Source of the DNA: an uncultured bacterium
Lineage (GTDB): Bacteria > Krumholzibacteriota > Krumholzibacteriia > JACNKJ01
Assembly (NCBI GenBank): GCA_963695095.1
Contig: CAVOFT010000001.1
Coordinates: 864,001 to 928,000, forward strand
Length of the DNA stretch: 64,000 bases
Direction: 5' to 3'
Below are positions 1-10,299 of the stretch, in pieces; the stretch's first letter is position 1, and each line of letters starts with the position of its first letter. The notes under the pieces are model-generated. The model saw nothing but the letters and a program-made list of their open reading frames with translations, did no database searches and was not told where the DNA came from. A program made the position numbers and the translations under genes.

Positions 1-1117
1 GCGAGGCGCAGCAGCGGCCGCCCGGCCAGCTGGGCCAGGCGCTCGCGCTCCCAGGCGGCCGGCGGCAGCGCCGCGGGATCCCAGAGCAGGCGGCCGTCGC
101 GGCCCACGAAGTTGGGGCCGAGGGGCGTCTCCACCGGGGCCCAGTCGCCGCGGAAGCTCCCCGCCCAGACGAAGCGCGGCGCGATGGCGAGCTTGCCCGC
201 GGCGTCGATGAAGCCCCAGCGCTGGGCGCCCTCGGCGAGGACGGGGGCCAGCGGCGCGGCGTGGGCGTCGAAATCGCCGGCCCGGCGGAACTGCGCGGGG
301 ATGGCCAGTCGGCCCTTGCTGTCGAGGTAGCCGAGCCGGGTGCTGCCCGCGGGCTTGACCAGGGCGCGACCGCCGGCGAAGGGGCGGGCGAAGGCGAACT
401 CGCCCGGGAAGGCCGGCTTGCCCGACGGGGCTCGAGATACTGGTAGCGATCCCGGGCGCTGGAGTAGCTGGCGATCACGCCCTCGCTGAAACGCTCGCCC
501 AGGCGCTGGCTGCCGGACAGGCGCTCGCGCCCGCGGCGGTCGATGAGGCGCTGGTCGAGGGGATTGTAGACCACGACGGCCAGGCCCTCGTGGAAGTCGC
601 CGCTGGCCAGCGGCGAGCGCGCCAGCTCGATGGCGAATTCGCCGTGGCGATTGATGTAGCCGCGCCGCTCGCGCTCGCCCTCGCTGGCGGCGGCCAGGCC
701 CTCGCTGAAGTCGCCGGCCCTGGTGAAGCGCGGCGCGATGGCCACCGCCCCCGAGCGGTCGAGGTAGCCGTAGCGCGGACCCGCCGGCGTGTCGCCGAGA
801 AAGCGGGCCAGACCCTCGGCATAGTCGCCGAGTTCCGCATACTGCGGGGGCACCAGCTCGCGGCCCGCTTCGTCGATGACGCCGTAGCGCCGCGCATCCG
901 GCGGGCCGAGGCCCACGACGGCGAGGCCGGCCACGAAGCGGCGCGCCTCGTCCCAGGCGAAGTCCAGCCGCAGCGCGCCCTCGGCGTCGGCATAGCCGCT
1001 GCGGCCGGCCAGGCGGATGGGCAGGAGCCGCTCCGGCGGCGCCTCGCGATCGCAGCGGCCGCAGCCCCCGCAGGCGCTGAGAACGGCGAGGGCGAGGCAC
1101 AGGAGCGCGCGGCGCAT
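1..1117 (-). CDS. WG (KWG-Leptospira type) repeat-containing lipoprotein; runs off the window edge; one frameshift near 428
   Basis: Manual translation from ATG at 1117: MRRALLCLALAVLSAC lipoprotein signal, then repeated 'G(Y/F)ID..G...I...F..A.DF(S/H)EGLA' units. Repeats continue in a shifted frame after ~428. Absent from the ORF track. Confidence 0.8.
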   Translation of the reverse strand, partial: MRRALLCLALAVLSACGGCGRCDREAPPERLLPIRLAGRSGYADAEGALRLDFAWDEARRFVAGLAVVGLGPPDARRYGVIDEAGRELVPPQYAELGDYAEGLARFLGDTPAGPRYGYLDRSGAVAIAPRFTRAGDFSEGLAAASEGERERRGYINRHGEFAIELARSPLASGDFHEGLAVVVYNPLDQRLIDRRGRERLSGSQRLGERFSEGVIASYSSARDRYQYLEPRRASRPSRASSPSPAPSPAVAPWSSPRAAPGSATSTARADWPSPRSSAGPAISTPTPRRWPPSSPRAPSAGASSTPRASSPSRRASSGRGASAATGPRWRRPSAPTSWAATAACSGIPRRCRRPPGSASAWPSWPGGRCCAS

Positions 1118-1208
1118 GGCTGGTCTCGGGCGGGTAATGGCGATTTCCCCTTGCCCCCGCGCGACCGGGGCGCTAGTGAAGGGTGATCCGCAGCGAAAGG
1201 CCGCCGCC

Positions 1209-1757
1209 GTGCAGTTCGTTCCCACCGCGATCCCCGCCGTCGTGCTCGTCGAGCCGCGGGTCTTCAGCGAGGAGCGCGGCTTCTTCATGGAGACCTGGCA
1301 GGCGCGCAAGTTCGCGGCGGCAGGACTGGATCCGCACTTCGTCCAGGACAACCATAGCAAGAGCGCCCAGGGCGTGCTACGCGGATTGCACTACCAGGTG
1401 CGGCAGACCCAGGGCAAGCTGGTGCGCACGGTGGCCGGCGAGGTCTTCGACGTGGCCGTGGACCTGCGCCGCGGCTCGCCGACCCTGGGCCGCTGGGTGG
1501 GCGTCACGCTCTCGGCGGCGAACAAGCGCCAGCTCTGGATCCCGCCCGGCTTCGCCCACGGCTTCTACGTGACCAGCGAGACGGCCGAGGTCGTCTACAA
1601 GTGCACGGACTTCTACGCGCCCGAGCACGAGCGCAGCCTGCGCTGGGATGACGCCCAGCTCGCCATCGCCTGGCCGCTGGTGGGGGGAGCGCCGCCCACG
1701 CTCTCGGCCAAGGACGCCGCCGGGCTGGCCTTCGCCGAGGCGGAGTTGCTGGACTAG
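1209..1757 (+). CDS. rfbC: dTDP-4-dehydrorhamnose 3,5-epimerase
   Basis: Motifs RGFFMET, QDNHSKS..GVLRGLHYQ, DVAVDLRRGSPT, GFAHGF, YKCTDFY. GTG start at 1209 inside ORF 1017..1757. Confidence 0.95.
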   Translation: MQFVPTAIPAVVLVEPRVFSEERGFFMETWQARKFAAAGLDPHFVQDNHSKSAQGVLRGLHYQVRQTQGKLVRTVAGEVFDVAVDLRRGSPTLGRWVGVTLSAANKRQLWIPPGFAHGFYVTSETAEVVYKCTDFYAPEHERSLRWDDAQLAIAWPLVGGAPPTLSAKDAAGLAFAEAELLD

Positions 1758-1778
1758 GGCGGCCGCCCAGCGAAACCC

Positions 1779-1807
1779 TTGTCGCGCCGAGGCTTTTGGG
1801 CTAGCCT
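1779..1807 (+). promoter_or_regulatory. Putative sigma70-type promoter of the polysaccharide export operon
   Basis: TTGTCG(1779-1784)-17 bp-TAGCCT(1802-1807), ~30 bp upstream of the ATG at 1837, which has a GGAGGA RBS. Confidence 0.5.
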
Positions 1808-1836
1808 GCGCCCCAACGCCCGACTCGGAGGACTCC

Positions 1837-4614
1837 ATGAGACCTTGCGCGCCGCGCGCGCTTCTGGCCCTCGCCCTCTGCCTGCTGGCGGCGGTGGCGT
1901 CGGCCCAGGGGCCCACGCCCACACCCGAGCAGCTCGAGATGCTGAAGCAGCTCTCGCCCGAGCAGCGCGCCCGGCTGGCGGCGGAGTACGGCCTCGATCC
2001 CGCCCAGCTCGATGGCGCCGCGTCCGCGCCGGCGCGGGACGCGAGCAGCCCCGAGCTCGTCGCGCCGCGCACGCCCGTCTTCGGCGAGATCGAGCAGCCC
2101 TTGCCGGCCACGCTCTCGACCGCGCCGCCGCTCGAGAAGCTTCCCGACCAGGAGGGGCTGCCCGGCCAGGCCGAGCTGCGCCAGGCCTTCGCCAACTTCC
2201 TGGCCGGCAGCGCGCCGCTGGCGGTGGACGAGAACCTGAAGCCCTTCGGCTACGATCTCTTCGCCGGCGCGCCCAGCACCTTCGCGCCTGCCACCGACAT
2301 CCCCGTCGGGCCGGACTACGTGATCGGCCCGGGCGACGAGATCCACGTTCAGCTCTACGGCAAGACCAACGTGACGGCGAACCTGGTCGTGGATCGCGAC
2401 GGCCTGCTCGCCTTCCCCGAGCTCGGGCCCGTCCCGGTGGCGGGCCAGAGCTTCGCCGAGCTGCGCGAGACGCTGCAGCGCGAAGTGGGCAAGCGCATGA
2501 TCGGCGTGGAGGCGAGCATCACGCTCGGCCGCCTGCGCTCCATTCGCATCTTCGCCCTGGGCGAGGTGTTCCGGCCCGGCAGCTACACGGTGAGCGGCCT
2601 GGCCACCCTGACCAACGCGCTCTTCGCGGCGGGGGGCGTCACCGAGATCGGCAGCCTGCGCAGGATCGAGCTCAGGCGCGCGGGCGAGCTGGTCACGCGG
2701 CTGGACCTCTACGATCTCCTGATGAAGGGCGACACCTCGGCGGACGCGCGGCTCCTGCCCGGCGACGTCATCTTCGTGCCGCCGGTGGGGCCGCTGGTGG
2801 GCGCGGCCGGCGAGGTGAAGCGGCCGGCGCGCTACGAGCTGGCGGGCGAGGTGGACGCGGCCGCGCTGATCAAGCTGGCCGGCGGCCTCACGGCGCAGGC
2901 GCACACGGACCTGCTCCAGCTCGACCGCTACGAGAAGGGCCGTCGCGTCAGCGTGGACTTCACCCTGGCAGACGCGCCGCGCTGGCCGCTCAAGGACGGC
3001 GACCTGCTCAAGGTGTTCCCGATCACGGGGCAGGAGGAGCAGGTGGTCTGGCTGGCGGGCAACGTGCGCCGGCCCGGCAAGCGGCAGTTCGCCCCCGGCA
3101 TGCGCCTGCTGGACCTGGTCGGCGGGCTGGGGGATCTGCTGCCCGAAACCCACTTCCCCTACGGCCTCATCGAGCGCGAGAACCCGCTGGACCGCGAGCC
3201 CCAGTACCTGGCCTTCAACCTGGGCGCGGCCCTGCTCGAGGGCGATCCGCTGGCGAACATCGCGCTGGCGGACCGCGACCGCGTGTTCGTCTTCCACCGC
3301 GCCTTCTTCCGCGAGCAGCCCAAGGTGCAGGTGCGCGGGCGGGTGCAGGAGCAGGGCGAGTACGTGTTCCGCAAGGACATGCAGGTGATGGACCTGATCC
3401 TCGCGGCGGGCGGGCTGCTGCGCGACGCCTGGATGGCCGAAGCGGAGCTCTTCCGCACGAACCCGGTGAGCCTGGACGTGAACCGGATTCCGCTGGATCT
3501 GCGCCGCGTGGCGGCCGGCGATCCCACGCAGAACCTGCTGCTGCAGGACCTCGACGAGCTGATGGTGCACTCGATCTGGGAGTTCAAGCAGCCCCAGACG
3601 GTGGAGGCGCTGGGCGAGGTGAACTATCCGGGCGTCTACCCGCGCTTCGAGGGCATGCGCGTGAGCGATCTCATCTTCGCCGCCGGCAGCCTCACCGAGG
3701 AGGCCTTCCGCGAGCGGGCCGAGCTGACGCGCTACGCGATCATCGACGGCGAGCGGCGCGAGCTGAGGCACGTGTCGCTGGATCTGCACGGCGTGCTGGC
3801 GGGCGATCCCGAGTCGGACATCCTGCTCGAGCCCTACGACCGCGTGCTCGTGCGGCGCATCACCAACTGGCGTCGGGACGAGGTGGTGAGAGTGACAGGC
3901 GAGGTGGCCTTCCCCGGCACCTACCCGATCGAGGAGGGCGAGCGGCTCTCCAGCCTGGCCGACCGCTTCGGCGGCTTCCTGCCCAATGCCTACCTGCCGG
4001 CGGTGGTCTTCACGCGCGAGGACGTGCGCAAGCTGCAGCAGGAGCAGCTCGACCGCATGGCGGATCAGCTCGAGGCGGATCTGGGGCGGCTGGCGATTCA
4101 GGTGACGCCCGGCGAGAGCCAGGAGGAGGCGGCCAAGCGGCAGATCGCGCTCGAGTCCGGCCAGCGCCTGGCCGCCGAGCTGCGCGCGGCCAAGGCCAGC
4201 GGCCGCCTGGTCGTGCACGTGGAGGCGCTCGCGCAGTTCAAGGGCACGGAGTACGACCTGGTGCTCAAGGACGGCGACTCCCTGCTCGTGCCGCAGAAGC
4301 CCGATCACGTGATGGTGATCGGCGAGGTCTACAGCCCGGCGGCCTTCCAGCACGAGGCGGGCATGAAGGCCAAGAAGCTGGTGGATCTGGCCGGCGGCGA
4401 GACGCGCTTCGCCGACGGCGGCCGCGCCTACGTGGTGCGCGCCGACGGCTCGGTCAAGCGCGGGCTGGGCACGAAGCTCGAGCCCGGCGACGTGGTGGTG
4501 GTGCCGGAGTCCCTCGAGCGCTTCTCGGGCATGCAGTTCATGCTGGACATCAGCCAGGTGCTCTACCAGCTCGGGCTGGCGGCCGCGGCGGCCAAGACCG
4601 TGGGGGCCTTCTAG
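1837..4614 (+). CDS. Polysaccharide export protein, multi-SLBB (KpsD/OtnA/Wza-like)
   Basis: Signal peptide, PFGYDLF, poly_export motif DYVIGPGDEI, and several SLBB repeats (GEV.RPG.Y ... L..GD.(V/L).VP). Confidence 0.9.
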   Translation: MRPCAPRALLALALCLLAAVASAQGPTPTPEQLEMLKQLSPEQRARLAAEYGLDPAQLDGAASAPARDASSPELVAPRTPVFGEIEQPLPATLSTAPPLEKLPDQEGLPGQAELRQAFANFLAGSAPLAVDENLKPFGYDLFAGAPSTFAPATDIPVGPDYVIGPGDEIHVQLYGKTNVTANLVVDRDGLLAFPELGPVPVAGQSFAELRETLQREVGKRMIGVEASITLGRLRSIRIFALGEVFRPGSYTVSGLATLTNALFAAGGVTEIGSLRRIELRRAGELVTRLDLYDLLMKGDTSADARLLPGDVIFVPPVGPLVGAAGEVKRPARYELAGEVDAAALIKLAGGLTAQAHTDLLQLDRYEKGRRVSVDFTLADAPRWPLKDGDLLKVFPITGQEEQVVWLAGNVRRPGKRQFAPGMRLLDLVGGLGDLLPETHFPYGLIERENPLDREPQYLAFNLGAALLEGDPLANIALADRDRVFVFHRAFFREQPKVQVRGRVQEQGEYVFRKDMQVMDLILAAGGLLRDAWMAEAELFRTNPVSLDVNRIPLDLRRVAAGDPTQNLLLQDLDELMVHSIWEFKQPQTVEALGEVNYPGVYPRFEGMRVSDLIFAAGSLTEEAFRERAELTRYAIIDGERRELRHVSLDLHGVLAGDPESDILLEPYDRVLVRRITNWRRDEVVRVTGEVAFPGTYPIEEGERLSSLADRFGGFLPNAYLPAVVFTREDVRKLQQEQLDRMADQLEADLGRLAIQVTPGESQEEAAKRQIALESGQRLAAELRAAKASGRLVVHVEALAQFKGTEYDLVLKDGDSLLVPQKPDHVMVIGEVYSPAAFQHEAGMKAKKLVDLAGGETRFADGGRAYVVRADGSVKRGLGTKLEPGDVVVVPESLERFSGMQFMLDISQVLYQLGLAAAAAKTVGAF

Positions 4615-6774
4615 TGGCGCGTTCGTGGTTGCCGCGCTTGCGCGCGCTATTAGGGGCCTTCTGGCGCGGCAACCTCCGGGCAACGGCGCTTTGGGCGATT
4701 GTCCTGATGGGGCTGGCCTTTGTGGCGGCCTACTTCGTACCGCGCGAGTACCGTGCCGACGTTCGCGTCGCTCCGGCGCCCGCAATCGAAGACTCGGAGT
4801 CGGGGGGCCTCGCCAAGACTCTAGGGGGGCTGACGGGTGTGGGGAGCCTGTTCGCAGGCGACGCGCGGTTCGCCGTCGATCTCGAGTCCATCCGCTCGTA
4901 TGAGGTGGTCGCCAGGCTCGAGCGCGATTCCCTCATGATGCGTGAGCTCTTCCCGGATCCGCCGACACCAGGGCCAGACCCGACTCGGCGCGGGCTGCCT
5001 GCCAGCACCTGGGACACGCTGCGCGAGTTCCGCAAGCGGGCGAGCGTCACCTTCGATGCGCGCTATGGCATTGCAGAGGCCGGTTTTTGCGCGCGTGACC
5101 CAGAGAGAGCCGCAACACTTCTCGGTACATGGCTCCGCGAAGCTGATGCAATGTTGCGCGAGCGGAAGCTTGCTGAGACTGCCGGACGAATCGAGCAATT
5201 GGAGCTGGAACTGGCGGGGGCCCGCCAAATTGACGTCGCCCAAGCGCTGGAAGGTCACCTTGTCTCGGAACTGCGCCGGCAGGCGCTCGTCAAGGCGGCC
5301 CGCGGCGTGTCCTTTATCTTGGTGGAGACGCCAGTCCCCCCGGACGTGCCGGTCTATCCGCGGCCGAAGTTGACAGCTCTGATAGTGGGGCTGCTCTATG
5401 GCGCTTTCCGCTTTGTCATTCTTGTCCTGCTCGGCCGCGGCCTCACCGCTGCCAGAGCGGAATTAGCGATGCTCTCCCGAGGTCTGGTTTCATGGTCTGC
5501 CGAGGCCCACGCGGTTGAGGCGGCCAAGGCTCTCCTTTTCCTCAGCCTGCTTCTCTTGCCGCTAATGGCCGTCGCCGCGCCGAAAGGAATCATCGCGGCG
5601 GACTTGTGCCTGCTCACCGGATGGGGTTCGCTAATCGTGGCCGCTCGGACTCGGAGCCTGAAGCTGGGCCTACCGGTTTGGGCCTGGTGGATGTTGGGCC
5701 TGCTCGTTCCCTACCTGACAGCCATGATGCTCGGTCCCGATCGTTTGTTTGCTCCGCTCTATCCGCTCTCATTGATCCAGCATCTGTACGCACCGTTCTT
5801 TGCCCTCCTGCTTGTGCTCGGGGTCCAGGTGCTCTGGGCCGAGGGTGCACTCACGATTCTCCTTCGAGGTCTGGCCCTCTCAGGATTGGCCGTCGTGATT
5901 ATGGACCTCGCGATCGTCGCGTTGGCCGCGACTGGCATGTACGTTTTCGCACCGGCCTTCCGTAGCGGCGTCCTCGACTCACGCCTCGTCTGGCCATTCG
6001 CGCAGCCAAGTCAGCTGCCTGGCTTTCTCCTCTTCACATTCCCCCCTCTCGGCCCTCTGGCTCTTTGATCGGATTGCCGCCCGGCATGCCATCGAGCTTG
6101 CGGTCTTCGTGCTGCTCCTGAATACGGTAGCCCATGCCCTCATTGCGACGATGTCGGGATCACGGGCGGGTGGCGTTGGAGTGATTCTTGAAGGCCTCGG
6201 GGTCGTATGGGTTATGCTCATGCGATGCCCGCGCCGGAAGTTGCCTGTCGTTTCGCTCATCTTGGCGGCCATCACCATCTCCGCGGTGGCGGGGCTCACG
6301 AGCTTGGCAGAATCCAATTGGGTGGTGCGGCGGTCGCTACTTGCATTCAGCGAGGCCAAGGCAGGGACGGACGCAGTAAACACGGACTTCCGAGCGCACA
6401 ATTGGGCGTTCGCGCAGCGGATGTTCTTGCAATCTCCCCTATCTGGGAGGGGATTGACAGCGGGGTTCTCGGAGTATGGCTACGAAATCCACAACAGTTT
6501 CCTGGGTGCGTACGCAGAGTTGGGCGTTGTCGGCGGCACAGCAGCGGTTGCTATGCTGCTCGGGGTCCCTATGTACGCAGCGGCGAGGATGCTCCTGCGC
6601 CACAGCAGGGCATTGGCTCATGATCAGATGCTCCCGCTCCTACTCGCAGTTGCCGGTACGGTGTTTTTTGCGGGCACGCACTACGTTCTCCGTCAGCGTT
6701 GGGTCTGGCTGTCGATTGCGCTCATGCTCCTGCAAATCGCCGAAGAGCATGGGGGGCAGCGTAAGAAAGCCTGA
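4614..6774 (+). CDS. Wzz-like chain-length regulator apparently fused to an O-antigen polymerase/ligase (Wzy_C/WaaL) domain; frameshift near 6050
   Basis: GTG overlaps the upstream stop. TM + 'PREYRA', coiled coil, 'PVPPDVPVYPRP'+TM (Wzz). The frame continues without a stop into a multi-TM region. After a shift near 6050 come SGSRAG and 'R...W......F..SPL.G.G......IHNSFL..YAELGVVG' (ORF 6109..6774). Confidence 0.7.
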
Positions 6775-6788
6775 TCTTCAAAGCTCGC

Positions 6789-8177
6789 ATGTATGCGGCT
6801 TCGAGGTGGATTGCGCCTGTCGACGGCTGCTACACCCTCAGTTCGCAGGAAACAGAGTGGATGCGCAAGACACGGCGAGAATTCCTCCGTGCACAGGGGA
6901 AGCCATTGATGGCGATTCTGAGCGAGAGTGGCGCGCCGCGTGAATGGCTCCGGGAGAGCGCTTGGACCTTCTTGGGGGTACTTCTCAGTCGCGGCTCCGC
7001 TCTCATACTGTCTATCGCCGCGGCGCGCATGTTGGCAGCGGCGGACTTCGCCACCTTTGCACTTGCGCAGAACCTTCAGGTTGGAAGCACGGTTCTTCTC
7101 GGTCTGGGCTTCGGCAATGCGATGGCGAAGTATGTGGGGCAGGACTGGGCGAGTAGTCCGGAGTCTGGCGCGCGTACCATGCACTGGGTCAGGACGAAGG
7201 GGCTTGTTGCGGGAGCCGCCATTGCAGTCGGGCTGGGGCTAGCGTCGAGGCCGCTGGCCTCGGCAGTGTTTGGCGAGACGTCGCTGTGGTGGCTTGTGGG
7301 TCTCTGCGCCCTGGCTGCGCTAGGGAATGCGCAGATCGGTATTTTGAACAGCGCGTACGCGGCCATCGTACACATGCGCAGCTATTCGGGGATCGTGTCG
7401 AAGACCGCCGTCGTCATCCTGCCAATACTGGTCGGTGCCGCAGCGATGGGAGGACTCAACTGGCTCCTCGTTGGCTGGACTATCTCCTTCTTGGTGACCG
7501 CCGCGATTCTCACCAAGGCTCTTCGAGAGCGAGTGTTGGCGACAGTTGGCGGGCCCTTACCAAGTACCGCTACGCTCGGTCCGCAGGGGTTCCAGCGCTT
7601 TGTGCTGATGGCGGGAGCTGCGAACATCCTCGTCTATCCTATGCATGTGGTTGCCGTCGGCCTCCTTCGCCATAGCCATGGCAGCGAGGCCGCTTCGGTG
7701 TACCAGGTTTGTGTGCTGTGGATGACTGCGCTCACATTGTTCCCCGGTACGCTCGCCAACAATCTCGTCGCTGCCGTCGCTCGCGATACATCCGAACACA
7801 GCCGCGGGACGCGTCTCAGCCGGGCGGCACTCAAGGTAATGGCGGGGCTAGCGGCAGCAGTGGCCCTGTTGGGGCTTGCATCCGCTCCGATCATCTCCGC
7901 CGCATATGGCCGCATCATGACCGGGCAATGGCCGAGCCTCGCACTGATTGCGGTCGCGGCCGCAGCCACCACCCTCACGGGGGGGGTCTGGCCGACTCTC
8001 ATGGTGACTAGGGGCGCACACTCCCAGCTACGCCTGAACGGGGTATTTGCTGCCAGCTACGTACTGAGTGCCCTGCTCTTGGTGCCGAAGCATGGTGTTG
8101 CAGGAGCTGCGCTCGCATGTGTCATAGGATCCGCGCTTCAGGCGGCGGCGGCGTTCGGCAGCTTGCGTTTGCGATGA
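6789..8177 (+). CDS. wzx: Oligosaccharide flippase (Wzx/MOP family); start may be 6909
   Basis: Many TM segments, N-terminal 'ESAWTFLG...SR.......AARML...DF..FAL' and C-terminal 'LLVPKHGVAGAALA'. Lies within the polysaccharide cluster. Confidence 0.8.
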   Translation: MYAASRWIAPVDGCYTLSSQETEWMRKTRREFLRAQGKPLMAILSESGAPREWLRESAWTFLGVLLSRGSALILSIAAARMLAAADFATFALAQNLQVGSTVLLGLGFGNAMAKYVGQDWASSPESGARTMHWVRTKGLVAGAAIAVGLGLASRPLASAVFGETSLWWLVGLCALAALGNAQIGILNSAYAAIVHMRSYSGIVSKTAVVILPILVGAAAMGGLNWLLVGWTISFLVTAAILTKALRERVLATVGGPLPSTATLGPQGFQRFVLMAGAANILVYPMHVVAVGLLRHSHGSEAASVYQVCVLWMTALTLFPGTLANNLVAAVARDTSEHSRGTRLSRAALKVMAGLAAAVALLGLASAPIISAAYGRIMTGQWPSLALIAVAAAATTLTGGVWPTLMVTRGAHSQLRLNGVFAASYVLSALLLVPKHGVAGAALACVIGSALQAAAAFGSLRLR

Positions 8178-8208
8178 ACCAATCGCTGAGATTGAGAGGT
8201 TCCTTCTA

Positions 8209-9057
8209 ATGGCCGAGTTGTGGAGGCAGGCAGATGTCAGTGTAGTAATTCCGTGCTTCAATGCCGCTACAACCCTGATGAGAGCGCTGCAGTCAGTCGA
8301 AGCACAGACGTATCCTATCGGCGAGGTCATCATCGTTGATGACGGGAGCAGTGATGTCGCTACAGTGCGGGCGCTAGTCGATTCGCGAGCTTGGAGATCG
8401 CCAGTGCGGCTGATCGAACTTGGTCGGAACGCGGGAGTCTCAGCGGCGCGGAATCACGGAATTGCCGCTGCCCAGGGGGATTTCATTGCCCTCTTGGACG
8501 CGGATGACATCTGGCATCCGCGGAAGACTGAGATACAGCTGGCCGCCCTGACTCGGACGAGCATGGACTTCGCCTCGGGGCGCATGCTCTCTTGCATGCA
8601 GGCACCGGAGCACCTCGCGAGCATCCAGCTCACAAATCGACGAAGTCGTCTCATTGGGCTGACGGAATTGCTCATGCGAAACCCTGTGCTGACGTCGACC
8701 GTCATCATGCGCCGCACAAAGGCCCCCCGATTCAATGAGCAGCTGCGACGCGCCGAAGACTGGGTGGTATGGGTGGAAATGGCGGCGACGAGCGGTGGAT
8801 GCCTGCATCTCGATGAGTATCTAGCGGGGGCGTTCAAGCGGTTGGTTGGCGAGGCCGGCTTGAGTGCAGACATGCTCGCCCTGAGTGGGGCCCACCTCCG
8901 GGGAGTCAGATATCTCCACATGAAGGGGGTCCTCGGTAGCGGGCAGGCGGCCGTGGCGTGCGCTGCGGAGATCCTGAAGTTGCCGCCTCGACTCCTCGTG
9001 AAGGGTCTCCTGCCACGCATCGTCGGAAGTCGTCTGCAGGACAAGCGGGCACGATGA
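8209..9057 (+). CDS. Glycosyltransferase family 2
   Basis: VSVVIPCFNA, IIVDDGSSD, NAGVSAARN, IALLDADD, ED motif. Confidence 0.92.
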   Translation: MAELWRQADVSVVIPCFNAATTLMRALQSVEAQTYPIGEVIIVDDGSSDVATVRALVDSRAWRSPVRLIELGRNAGVSAARNHGIAAAQGDFIALLDADDIWHPRKTEIQLAALTRTSMDFASGRMLSCMQAPEHLASIQLTNRRSRLIGLTELLMRNPVLTSTVIMRRTKAPRFNEQLRRAEDWVVWVEMAATSGGCLHLDEYLAGAFKRLVGEAGLSADMLALSGAHLRGVRYLHMKGVLGSGQAAVACAAEILKLPPRLLVKGLLPRIVGSRLQDKRAR

Positions 9058-9135
9058 GGGAGTCAGGTGCGCTTGACTGCTGGGATCTCTAACTCCGGGC
9101 GTGCGCGTGCAATAGGTCCCGACAGATATGAGGGC

Positions 9136-10299
9136 TCAGGGCCCTTGGATCGAGCGGCGGTAGGACGCGAGTGTCTTGGAAACGACGGTCTGGACTGAGA
9201 ACTCATCTTCCACGAGCTTCCGCGCTGCCTGGCCGAAGGCCGTCCGCAGTGTGGGAGACTCGGCCAGTTGCAGCATGGCCAGCGCGAGACCGTCGGGATC
9301 GCGCGGGGATACTTGCAGGCCAGTCCTATTGTGTAGAACAACTTCGCGGCACCCGGGCATGTCGGTGCTGATCAGCGGCAGGCGCGCAGCCGCGCCCTCC
9401 AGACAGCGACTTCGGGATTCGCCTCGCCATAGTAACTGGGCAAGCACCATCACGTCGGCGCCCTTCAGGATCGGTGCGATGTCGGTCACGAAACCGAGCC
9501 AGCGCAGGTGGGGCCTGCTGGCAACCGCCTCGCGGAGCCACGCCTCGGACACGCCTTCCCGGCTCTCGCGATCGGCGCTGCCGACCAGAATGAAGCGGCA
9601 GTCCGATCGCTGCGCGGCCACCTGATCCGAGGCCTCGACGAACTCCCGCACTCCCTTCGACCAGAGCATCCGGCAGGCCATGACGAAGGTCACCGGGCCT
9701 TCCCGCGCTCGGGGCGCCGCGTCGAAGTGCGCCAGATCCACACCGGAGCCGCGGATGAGAACGGCGCGCTCAGGCTTCACAACACCTGCCGCGAGGAGCG
9801 TGGCCCGATCCTTCTGGATTTTGGAGGATCGGTCAGCGCACCCCCGCCGAGCGCGAAGCGGTAACCGAGGAGGGCGGGGTAGCGAAGGACGCGCGACCCG
9901 TGAAGGCGTGACCGAGTCCCGTCACCGCCTGCACGATGCCCTTCACCCCGAGCAGTCGCGCCGCGCTGCCGCCCAGGATCACCGGTTTGATCGTGAAGTG
10001 GTGGACGAGGTCCGGCTTGAGCGCGCGGTAGGCGCGCAGGTAGGACAGGAAGGTCGCGAGGTTGCTGAACGGCGACAGGCTCTTGCGGTCTAGCCGTACA
10101 CTTGGCGGAAGCGGGCGCCGAGCGCCTCTAGCTTGCCGGCGAACTCTCGTCGGGCGCCAGGACGATGTACCTCCCAGCCCTCGTCGATGAGGGCGGCGAT
10201 GGTCTCACGCCTGAAATTGAGGAGATACCAAGATGTGTTGGCGCTGAGGACAGCGCGAGCCTGACGGGGGGCGGGGCTGCCAGAACTCCCGCTGCTCAC
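9136..10299 (-). CDS. Glycosyltransferase family 4 (CapM-like), split by several frameshifts
   Basis: Fragments: SANTSWYLLNFR, KPDLVHHFTIKPVI.G, VTGLG, IRGSGVD, RMLWSKGV.EF, EGAA..LPLISTDMPGCREVV. Confidence 0.85.

Noticed and set aside
1779..4785. Very long alternative-frame ORFs (N-terminal part of 1779..6068, 1801..4785; likewise 11917..13752, 28410..30443, 58515..61574)
   Set aside because: Arg/Gly/Ala-rich shadow frames of recognisable genes, expected at high GC where stop codons are rare.
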